DNA of 64,000 bases from Planctomycetota bacterium. Lineage in GTDB: Bacteria > Planctomycetota > Phycisphaerae > WQYP01. Position 1 is the stretch's first letter, and the number at the start of each line of letters is the position of its first letter. The stretch lies in the NCBI GenBank assembly GCA_021790385.1, contig JAJYDW010000003.1, forward strand, positions 25,869-89,868, given 5' to 3'. A program made the position numbers and the translations under genes. Positions 55,997 to 64,000 of this stretch are shown piece after piece. The notes under the pieces are model-generated. The model was not told where the DNA came from and did not search any database. It saw only the letters and a list, made by a program, of their open reading frames with translations.

Positions 55997-57085
55997 TTAA
56001 TGAAACAGAAAGTGGGCAATATCCCCGTCCTGGAAGATGTAGGTTTTTCCTTCGGACCTCATTTTACCCGCGGCCTTAATCGCCGCTTCCGTTTTATATT
56101 CCAATAAGTCCGCCACGCTGTATACTTCCGCGCGGATAAACCCTTTTTCAAAATCACTGTGAATCACACCCGCAGCCTGCGGCGCAGTGCAGCCGCGGTG
56201 GATGGTCCAGGCCCGAATTTCCTTGGGGCCGGCGGTGAAATAACTTTGCAGCCCCAGGAGCTTATAGGCCTCGTGGGCTACGGTGGCCAATGCCGGTTCG
56301 GCCATGCCCAGGTCCGCCAGCATGGCAGCGCGGTCCTGCTCGGATAGCTCCGCCAGTTCCGCCTCCAGCTTGGCACATACGCTTACCACCAGGCCCGATT
56401 CCCTTCTGGCTCGCTCCCGCACTTTTTCCACCAGTTCGCTTTTCCCGTGCAGGTCGGCCTCATCCACATTGGCGATGTACAAAACCTGTTTGGCGCTAAG
56501 CAGCCCCATGGTGTTAAGAATTTTAAGCTCTTCCGGTTTGGTGCCTGCAATGGCCCGCACCCCGACACCTTTTTGTAAATGCTCTAAAGCCATTTCCATC
56601 ACGGCCACCGCGGCCAGGGCATCTTTATCCCCAGACCGCGCGGTACGCCGCTGTTTATCCAGGCTGCGTTCCAGCGTTTCCAGATCCGCCAGAATCAGTT
56701 CCGTATCCACTGTATCCATATCGCGCAGCGGATCCGCCCCACCGTCTACATGAATGACATCCGGATCGTTAAAGCAGCGCACAACGTGCAAAATGGCATT
56801 CACTTCACGGATATGGGAAAGAAATTTATTGCCCAGCCCTTCGCCTTTGCTGGCCCCTCTTACAATGCCGGCGATATCCACCACACGCAGCAGCGCGGGA
56901 ATAACCTTTTCCGTTGGAATCCATTGCCGTATCTGGGCCAGGCGTGCATCCGGCACCGGAACCACACCGATATTGGGTTCAATGGTGGCAAAGGGATAAT
57001 TGGCCGCCAATGCCCCGGCATTGGTCAAAGCGTTAAACAACGTGGACTTGCCTGCATTGGGCAAACCGACAATTCCAACTTCCAT
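55997..57085 (-). CDS. ychF: Ribosome-binding ATPase YchF
   Basis: Features are [39 protein letters not shown], and the C-terminal TGS domain GDIAHFLFH. Confidence 0.95.
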   Translation of the reverse strand: MEVGIVGLPNAGKSTLFNALTNAGALAANYPFATIEPNIGVVPVPDARLAQIRQWIPTEKVIPALLRVVDIAGIVRGASKGEGLGNKFLSHIREVNAILHVVRCFNDPDVIHVDGGADPLRDMDTVDTELILADLETLERSLDKQRRTARSGDKDALAAVAVMEMALEHLQKGVGVRAIAGTKPEELKILNTMGLLSAKQVLYIANVDEADLHGKSELVEKVRERARRESGLVVSVCAKLEAELAELSEQDRAAMLADLGMAEPALATVAHEAYKLLGLQSYFTAGPKEIRAWTIHRGCTAPQAAGVIHSDFEKGFIRAEVYSVADLLEYKTEAAIKAAGKMRSEGKTYIFQDGDIAHFLFH

Positions 57086-57689
57086 GCACTTTCCTCTGGC
57101 TTAAGCCTGCTGGTAAATATCCGCCGCGCTGCGGCACAGGCAACCGCTTGGGCCCCGCAAACTATAGCCGCCGCTGCCGATTCCGCCAAACACACCTGTG
57201 GCGGTCAGCGTGGATCGGTAAAATTAGTAAGATCAACAATTTCATCACAATTTTGAAATGGGTATAAGAGCGCGGGCTGTGGCCCGCGAGTTGGGATGGT
57301 CTGGATATGGAAAACGCTTAGCACCGTAGCGCATGCACAGGCCGCTTGCCAACTGTATCGTCTGGAATATAACCGACGGCGTCCGCATTCGCTTACAATA
57401 CCGTACGCCCGATGAGTTTGCGGCACGCAGCGCGGGGGTCGGTTTCATCCACCTGCCCCCGAACCCCCACCTGGCTTTGCAACTCTGCTCCCTCCTGCCG
57501 TAGCGCAGTCCTGGCCAAGCCGCGTTCAGGTTCCCACGATGCACGCATACATAGATTTTTATACTACATAGTTATGTTAATGTGTGCGATACCTATACGT
57601 TCAAGTGGAGTTATAAATGGGGGGCAGGACAGACTTCCCGATCCCTATCGATATTGCCGCAGACTATTTTTTCAGGTGGCGGAGCCGGC

Positions 57690-60392
57690 TTAGCCGCCGG
57701 TTTTTCCGTAGCTGCGGGTCACATAGTCAATAAGCTGCACTACCAGAGCCGTCCAGCCGGTCTGGTGAGACGCACCGAGTCCCGAACCATCGTCGCCGTT
57801 AAAATATTCGTGAAATGGGATCATATCTTTCCACAGAGAGTTGTCCTGAAAAAGCTTCTGTCCGCCATGCACGGGCCGGCGTCCATTTTGATCGGCCATG
57901 AAAATAGCAATCATGCGACGAGAGATTTCTTCGGAAAGCTGCAGCAGATTCATGGATTTACCATTCTGGCCGGGGATGGGCACCGTAAGGCCAGAGCCAT
58001 AAAAGTGATGATATGTTCGCAAAGCGGTTACCAGCAGATAAGCGGTGGGAAACCAGATGGGTCCACGCCAGTTGGAATTTCCGCCAAAGAGACCGTTGGT
58101 GGATTCGGCGGGTTCGTAATGAATTTCCCACTGGCGGTTATCCAATCCCAGACTGAAGGGGTGTTCGTGATGAAACTTGGAAACGCTGCGCAGGCCGAAA
58201 GGTGAAAGAAATTCATTTTCATCCACTACGTAGCGCAAGGCCCGTTGCAGACGGTCCTTGTTGGCAATGCTCAGCAGGCAGCGGCTGGAATCGGCGGACC
58301 AGGTCCAGCCGATATTTTCTTCGCCGATGTATTTGCGAATCAGATCGGATTGCGAGCGGTCCTTGAATGCGGGGAGATTTTCGATCCAACTGCGATCGAT
58401 GATCTGCACGGCCAGAAGCGGGATCAGGCCGACGAGCGAACGCACACGCAGGGGAAATTTGGCGGAATGATTCTGGGCGATGGTGTCATAGTAAAAGCCA
58501 TCGGTTTCATCCCATAAGCACAGACCGTGATGGCCGGGAGAATTGATGGCGCTGGAAATGGCGGCAAAGTGGTCCAGAAATTTGACGACCAGATGGGAAT
58601 AATTGGGATCCTTCTGGGAAAGTTCCAGACCGATGGTCATCATGTTCAGGCAAAACAGGCCCATCCAGCCGGTGGCGTCGGCCTGCTCAAGATGTTCGCC
58701 ATTGGGGAGAGGGCGGCTGCGATCGAAGACGGAGATATTATCAAGGCCGAGAAATCCGCCTTCAAAGATATTGTTTCCGCGGCGGTCCTTGCGGTTGACC
58801 CACCAGACAAAATTGACGAGCAATTTGTGGTACATGCGTTCAAGAAAGCCGAAATCTCCGCGGCCACCGTTACGGCGTTTATCCAGGTTATAGATGCGCC
58901 AGACGGCCAGGGCCTGCACCGGCGGATTGACATCGCCAAAAGCCCATTCGTAAGCGGGCAATTGACCGGAAAGATTCTGGTAGCGTTCGGAGCAGATGAG
59001 TTCTAACTGGCTTTTGGCCATGGCCACATCCACATAACCCAGAGTCAGTGCGTGGAAGGCCCAGTCCCAGGCGGCAAACCATGGGTATTCCCATTTGTCG
59101 GGCATGACGATGATATCTTTGGATGCGAGATGCTTCCAATGAGAATTGCGGCCGCAGACGCGGTCCTTGGGTGCCGGTGCGCCGCTGTCTCCCTTGAGCC
59201 AGGTAGTAACATCGTAGTTATAAAATTGCTTGCTCCAAAGCAATCCGGCAAAGGCTCGCCTTTGAATCAGTCGCATCTGCTCATCACAAACCTGCGGAAG
59301 CATGGATGCATAAAATGCGTCGGCCTCGGCAATTCGGGCTGTGAAAACGGCATCAAAATTTTCGTAGGGTCTGGGCCGGGCCTGCTCGGAAAGAACCATC
59401 TGGATGGTATGGCTGGAACCCGCCCCCAGATGCAACTGATAATGGAGAGCTGCTTTGGTACCTAAGTTTTCCTGATGCACGGCTGTAGGGTTGCGGACAA
59501 TGAGATAATCATGGAAGGCATCTTTGACGGCGGGATGTGTATTGGGAGTATTGAACAGTTTCCGGCGATTGGTTTCGTTAAAGGTAAAAAGGGTTTCCGC
59601 CGACTCGCGCCCATACAGATAGACTTCACCCAGTTCGGCGTGCCGGGCGACCAACAGCGTTTCATCAGGCTGTCCGGAGTTCCGGGCCTGGATGGTCGGT
59701 TCGGCGGCGGCGGTTTTACCCCAGGCCCAGGTATTGCGAAACCAGAGGGTGGGCAACACATGCAGGGTGGCCATTTCCAAAGATCTGTTGGTGATGGTGC
59801 AGCGAAACAAAATGGTGCCCGGATCCGCCTTGGCATATTCGATCTGAATGTCAAAAAAGGCGTTATCCGCGAAAATACCAGTATCTACAAGTTCATATTC
59901 CGGCTGGTCCGGATCGCGCCGGCGGTTAATTTCCACCAGTTCGCGGTACGGGAATTCGGCCAGGGGATAGCGATAGACCATTTTCATGTAGGCATGCGAG
60001 GGAAGATTATCCAAATGAAACCAGTATTCTTTGACATCTTCGCCATGGTTGCCTTCCTGGTTGGTTAAACCGAAAAAGCGTTCCTTAAGAATTGGATCAC
60101 GGCCATTCCAAAAGGCGGGAGCGAAGCAAAGGATCTGCTGTTCGTCGGAAATGCCCCCAATACCGTCTTCGCTCCAGCGGTAGGCCCGGCTGCGGGCCAT
60201 ATCATGGGAAAAATAATTCCACGCGCTGCCATCAGGCGAATAATCTTCGCGAACCGTACCCCAGGCCCGATCCGAAAGATAAGGCCCCCATTTGGCCCAC
60301 AATTTAGCCGAATCTGCAGAAGCGAGTCGCTGATGTTCCACGGTGGCGGGCAGCGTCTGGTGGGCATGATTTTCTGGAGAAGATGGCTTCAT
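57690..60392 (-). CDS. GH63-like (MGH1-type, six-hairpin) glycoside hydrolase, about 900 aa
   Basis: The N-terminus WAKWGPYLSDRAWGTVREDYSPDGSAWNYFSHDMARSRAYRWSEDGIGGISD...ILKERFFGLTNQEGNHGEDVKEYWF matches my recollection of this large glucosidase family. It has an AAGGAG Shine-Dalgarno sequence. Confidence 0.72.
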   Translation of the reverse strand: MKPSSPENHAHQTLPATVEHQRLASADSAKLWAKWGPYLSDRAWGTVREDYSPDGSAWNYFSHDMARSRAYRWSEDGIGGISDEQQILCFAPAFWNGRDPILKERFFGLTNQEGNHGEDVKEYWFHLDNLPSHAYMKMVYRYPLAEFPYRELVEINRRRDPDQPEYELVDTGIFADNAFFDIQIEYAKADPGTILFRCTITNRSLEMATLHVLPTLWFRNTWAWGKTAAAEPTIQARNSGQPDETLLVARHAELGEVYLYGRESAETLFTFNETNRRKLFNTPNTHPAVKDAFHDYLIVRNPTAVHQENLGTKAALHYQLHLGAGSSHTIQMVLSEQARPRPYENFDAVFTARIAEADAFYASMLPQVCDEQMRLIQRRAFAGLLWSKQFYNYDVTTWLKGDSGAPAPKDRVCGRNSHWKHLASKDIIVMPDKWEYPWFAAWDWAFHALTLGYVDVAMAKSQLELICSERYQNLSGQLPAYEWAFGDVNPPVQALAVWRIYNLDKRRNGGRGDFGFLERMYHKLLVNFVWWVNRKDRRGNNIFEGGFLGLDNISVFDRSRPLPNGEHLEQADATGWMGLFCLNMMTIGLELSQKDPNYSHLVVKFLDHFAAISSAINSPGHHGLCLWDETDGFYYDTIAQNHSAKFPLRVRSLVGLIPLLAVQIIDRSWIENLPAFKDRSQSDLIRKYIGEENIGWTWSADSSRCLLSIANKDRLQRALRYVVDENEFLSPFGLRSVSKFHHEHPFSLGLDNRQWEIHYEPAESTNGLFGGNSNWRGPIWFPTAYLLVTALRTYHHFYGSGLTVPIPGQNGKSMNLLQLSEEISRRMIAIFMADQNGRRPVHGGQKLFQDNSLWKDMIPFHEYFNGDDGSGLGASHQTGWTALVVQLIDYVTRSYGKTGG

Positions 60393-60469
60393 GGTGGAAG
60401 ACTCCTTATCTAACGACGGGACACGCTAAACGGATATCCCTGCGGAGAGGGCCAGTCCAGCAACGGCAG

Positions 60470-60475
60470 ATTATA
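60470..60475 (-). promoter_or_regulatory. Candidate -10 box (perfect TATAAT, minus strand) about 75 nt upstream of the GH63-like gene
   Basis: The minus strand reads cgcgaaaaaagccgcTATAATctgccg. The -35 element is weak. Confidence 0.25.
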
Positions 60476-60696
60476 GCGGCTTTTTTCGCGTGAGACACCG
60501 CCCCATAAATAGTTTGGGCAATTCCGGCAGGTTGGCCGCGTGGCGCAGCGCAGCCTGGTCTAACGGCGTAGAAACCAGATAACACACATGTCGACAGGCG
60601 TGATATTTATACGTATTACTGGAGCGATTAATCGGATGGCCTGAGCCGATAAATGGCTGCCAGGACAACTCCAACCCCTTTTCCACACAGGAGGTT

Positions 60697-62352
60697 TTAT
60701 CCTTTATCCGTGGAAGCCAGGGCCTTTTTCACCAGTTCCCTGGCCTCCTGCATGATGCGGTCTAAATGCGTTTCGTCAATGAGACTTTCGGCATAAATCT
60801 TGTACTGCGGTTCGGTACCGGAAGGCCGGGCGGCAAACCAGCCGTTGGCCGTTACCACCTTGAGTCCGCCAATGGGAGCATGGTTACCGGGAGCGGCGGT
60901 CAAAACGGCCAGAATTGGTTCGCCGGCCAAGGTGGTATGCCGGACTACGGCGGGGCTGAGATTTTTAAGAATGTTTTTTTCTTGCGGCGTAGCGGGCTGA
61001 TCTTCACGCCGATAAATAGATCGGCCAAATTCCTTTTCAATCTGGGCATAATGCTGGCCAGGGTCCTGGCCGGTACGGGCGGTGATTTCACAGGCTAGCA
61101 GGCCCATCACCGGCCCGTCCTTGTCGGTGGTCCAAACCGTTCCATCGCGGCGCAGCAGCGTGGCACCGGCGGATTCTTCGCCGACAAAACCCAGCGTGCC
61201 GGCGGCAAGGCCTTCCACAAACCATTTAAATCCAACGGGCACTTCCCATACTTTACGACCGACACTCCCGCAAACCCGATCAATAATACTGCTGCTGACC
61301 AGGGTTTTACCGATCATGGCCGTAGCAGGCCAACCGGGGCGCTGGGTAAAGAGGTACCGTACCGCCACGGCGAGATTATGATTCGGTGGCAGCAGACCGA
61401 CCGAAGGTGCGACAATGCCATGGCGATCAGCATCGGTATCCGTACCGAAGGTGATTTGATATTGATTTTTTAGGGCCACCAGACCAGCCATGGCATAGGG
61501 GCTGGAACAATCCATGCGAATCTGCCCGTCATGGTCCACCCGCATAAAGCGAAAGGTAAAATCGACCCCGGGATTGACCACCGTCAGATCCAGCTTGTAA
61601 CGTTCGCGCACGATATCCCACAAATGGACGGCTGCCCCACCCAGCGGATCGGCGGCAATGCGCAGACCGGACGCACGTATGGCATCCATATCGATGACGG
61701 AGTTTAAATCTTCCACATAAGGCCGCAGCAGATTCTGGCGGTGCGTGGTGCCGAAGGCTGCGGCTTTCTGGTAAGTCAGGCGTTTCACTTCCCGGTTGCC
61801 ACCGCGCAGGATGGCGTTGGCCCGGTCCTGCACCCATTGGGTGATATCGACATCCGCGGGGCCACCGGTGGGCGGGTTGTATTTGAAGCCGCCATCGCGC
61901 GGAGGATTATGGGAAGGTGTAACAGCAATACCATCAGCGTAACCTGCCACACGGCCTCGGTTGTATACCAGTATAGCATGAGAGAGAACGGGCACCGGAG
62001 TGTAATCATCACCGTCGGCGATAACCGTTTCTACATGGTTAGCCGCCAGCACTTCCAGGGCGGTGTTGTGTGCGGCGGTATCTACGGCGTGGGTATCTTT
62101 GGCCAGAAACAGCGGCCCATCGATACCCCTGCTTTGTCGGTATTCGCAGATGGCCTGGGTTATGGCCAATACGTGGGCTTCGGTAAAAGAGCCATCCGCC
62201 GGCGTGCCGCGATGTCCGCTGGTACCAAAGGCAACCTGTTGGCGTGGATCTGAAAGATCGGGCTGTCGCTGCAGATACTCGTGGTTCAGACGCTGCGGAT
62301 CAATAAGGATATTGACCGGAGGCGGCTTGCCCGCCAGGGGCGAAATACTCAT
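60697..62352 (-). CDS. pgm: Phosphoglucomutase (alpha-D-glucose phosphate-specific)
   Basis: Features are ISPLAGKPPP, the active-site TPSHNPPRDGGFKYNPPTGGPA, and the metal loop FGTDTDADRHG. Confidence 0.93.
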   Translation of the reverse strand: MSISPLAGKPPPVNILIDPQRLNHEYLQRQPDLSDPRQQVAFGTSGHRGTPADGSFTEAHVLAITQAICEYRQSRGIDGPLFLAKDTHAVDTAAHNTALEVLAANHVETVIADGDDYTPVPVLSHAILVYNRGRVAGYADGIAVTPSHNPPRDGGFKYNPPTGGPADVDITQWVQDRANAILRGGNREVKRLTYQKAAAFGTTHRQNLLRPYVEDLNSVIDMDAIRASGLRIAADPLGGAAVHLWDIVRERYKLDLTVVNPGVDFTFRFMRVDHDGQIRMDCSSPYAMAGLVALKNQYQITFGTDTDADRHGIVAPSVGLLPPNHNLAVAVRYLFTQRPGWPATAMIGKTLVSSSIIDRVCGSVGRKVWEVPVGFKWFVEGLAAGTLGFVGEESAGATLLRRDGTVWTTDKDGPVMGLLACEITARTGQDPGQHYAQIEKEFGRSIYRREDQPATPQEKNILKNLSPAVVRHTTLAGEPILAVLTAAPGNHAPIGGLKVVTANGWFAARPSGTEPQYKIYAESLIDETHLDRIMQEARELVKKALASTDKG

Positions 62353-62402
62353 GCTTTTTAAACTCCAATGAAACAGACAAAGCCGGCCACGTGGTGCGTG
62401 GG

Positions 62403-63239
62403 TCAGTCCTTTGCGGCGGCGTGATATTCTTTCCGGATGTGTTGAATATCTACGGCAGGCTTGGGGAATTTCATTTTCATGGATTCCAGATGCTCCACAA
62501 CAATACGCGCTACCGCCAGATTACGGAACCATTTATGATTTGACGGAATGACGTACCATGGTGCATCGGCAGTGCTGCAACGCGAAAGTGCATCCTCGTA
62601 AGCCGCGGTGTACTTATTCCAGAAAGGTCTTTCTTGATAGTCCGCCTCGCTGATTTTCCATTGTTTGGCGGGATCGTCGAGCCGCTGATGGAAGCGTTTG
62701 AGTTGTTCTGCCTTGGAAATGTGCAGGAATAACTTGATGATATGAACACCCGAGTTCATCAATTCATGTTCGAAGGCGTTGATAGCATCATAGCGAAGGG
62801 ACCAGACTTTGGGGGGTACCAGGTTATGTACGCGAGCAATGAGGACATCTTCATAGTGGGAACGGTTAAAAATAACAACTTCACCCTGTCGTGGAGCGGC
62901 CCGATGCACGCGCCATAAAAAATCATGGCTTAATTCTTCCGCCGACGGCTGCTTAAACCCCACCACCCGGCACCCCTGCGGGTTCATTGCACCAAGCACG
63001 TGATTAATGGTGCCATCTTTGCCGCCGGCATCCATTCCCTGCAGGCAAATCAACAGTGACCGGCGGTGATCTGCATAGAGCAACTCCTGCAAATCCCAAA
63101 GCCGCTGGCGATAATGTTCAATTTCATCAGCCGCCTGTTTGTGGTTCTTGTGATTGCCGGTGAAAGCGGGATCCATGTGGGATAGCTTGACGTTGCTGCC
63201 GAGCTTTACTCTAAAACGCTTTTGATAATTCATCAGCAT
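62403..63239 (-). CDS. ppk2: Polyphosphate kinase 2 family protein
   Basis: The Walker A-like motif is LLICLQGMDAGGKDGTI, with SHYEDVLIARVH also present. The ATG at 63239 or 63233 gives the family-typical N-terminus (M)NYQKRFRV and removes the 47-nt overlap with the aldolase. Confidence 0.87.
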   Translation of the reverse strand: MLMNYQKRFRVKLGSNVKLSHMDPAFTGNHKNHKQAADEIEHYRQRLWDLQELLYADHRRSLLICLQGMDAGGKDGTINHVLGAMNPQGCRVVGFKQPSAEELSHDFLWRVHRAAPRQGEVVIFNRSHYEDVLIARVHNLVPPKVWSLRYDAINAFEHELMNSGVHIIKLFLHISKAEQLKRFHQRLDDPAKQWKISEADYQERPFWNKYTAAYEDALSRCSTADAPWYVIPSNHKWFRNLAVARIVVEHLESMKMKFPKPAVDIQHIRKEYHAAAKD

Positions 63240-63270
63240 ATTCCAATTGATTTTTGTCCGTGGTGCTTTT

Positions 63271-64000
63271 TTAACTCCGATAAGGCCCTTTTTCCATGGC
63301 AGCATTGTACACACCACGCCGGGCCGCGCTGTTGCATGCCGCTCGATGATGCAGTGCCTGCTGGGCCAGAGTTATATTGGCCGGCTGACCCTTCCATAAT
63401 TCCAGAGCGGGCTGCTGAATAGCCCGCGAGTAGGAAAAAGTCAACGCCCAGGGCATGCGTCCCTTGAAACGCACATTCATGGCGCTTAGACGCCGCGACG
63501 CCAATTCAGCCGATTGGCCGCCGGAGAGAAAGGCCACGCCCGGCAGGATGGCGGGAACATGCTGGAGCAGGCACCCCACGGTGGCATCCGCCACGCGGTC
63601 TACATTGTCCTGATGCGAGCACCCTTTGCCAGGCAATACCATATTGGGCTTGAGAATAACTCCGCGCAGGTCTACGCGCATTTGATAGATCTGGTCAAAC
63701 AGCGCATGCTGCGATTTTTCCGTGGCGGCCAGGCATTGCTCCAACGTATGACTGCCATCCATAAGCACCTCGGGTTCCACAATGGGCACCAGCCCCGCTT
63801 CCTGGCAGAGTGCCGCGTAGCGAGCCAGGGCGTGCATATTGCCGTCAATACAAGCCTGCGTGGGGATGCCCTCCCCTATGGTGATCACGGCCCGCCATTT
63901 GGCAAATTTCGCCCCCATGGCCGCATATTCGGCCAGGCGCGAACGCAAACCATCCAATCCCTCGGTAACCTTTTCGCCAGGAAAGCCGGCCATGTCTTTG
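63271..64000 (-). CDS. fba: Fructose-bisphosphate aldolase class I, C-terminal part. The gene probably continues beyond the right edge.
   Basis: Motifs are ILKPNMVLPG (Schiff-base Lys region), VAFLSGGQS and ALTFSYSRAIQ. Confidence 0.87.
   Translation of the reverse strand, partial: KDMAGFPGEKVTEGLDGLRSRLAEYAAMGAKFAKWRAVITIGEGIPTQACIDGNMHALARYAALCQEAGLVPIVEPEVLMDGSHTLEQCLAATEKSQHALFDQIYQMRVDLRGVILKPNMVLPGKGCSHQDNVDRVADATVGCLLQHVPAILPGVAFLSGGQSAELASRRLSAMNVRFKGRMPWALTFSYSRAIQQPALELWKGQPANITLAQQALHHRAACNSAARRGVYNAAMEKGPYRS

Overview
This is a gene-dense, moderately GC-rich bacterial chromosomal window. I count about 57 protein genes and one tRNA. I saw no rRNA, CRISPR array, transposase or integrase.

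The gene content includes a sulfatase, a GH63-like hydrolase, oversized ABC fusions, DUF4416, the agmatine pathway and secretin-N-like small proteins. This resembles PVC/Planctomycetota-type genomes, but that is inference only.

Most of the window is housekeeping:
- clpP, dapB and queC-queE-queF
- ribD
- the minus-strand array rpmI-rplT-pheS-aguB-aguA
- metG, infC and ychF
- cydAB with two htrA paralogs and a divergent Rrf2 regulator
- pgm, ppk2 and a class I aldolase

The stand-out feature is a tightly packed nine-gene plus-strand locus at 27181-36004. It encodes:
- a His-on corrinoid protein
- a MetV-MetF fusion
- a pterin-binding methyltransferase
- an amidohydrolase
- four tandem URO-D-family paralogs

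It reads as a multi-substrate corrinoid-dependent methyl-transfer (demethylase) system of unknown substrate range.

Secondary curiosities:
- a sugar-type ABC importer with a binding-protein/permease fusion and a giant loop insertion
- tandem secretin-N-like paralogs
- an HNH nuclease plus DNA methyltransferase pair next to tRNA-Met
- an EF-G paralog
- a membrane coiled-coil protein with a BRCT-like end
- two unexplained non-coding or orphan gaps
- infC with a probable ATT start
- several candidate operators and promoters

All functional calls come from reading motifs in the translated ORFs. No searches were run.
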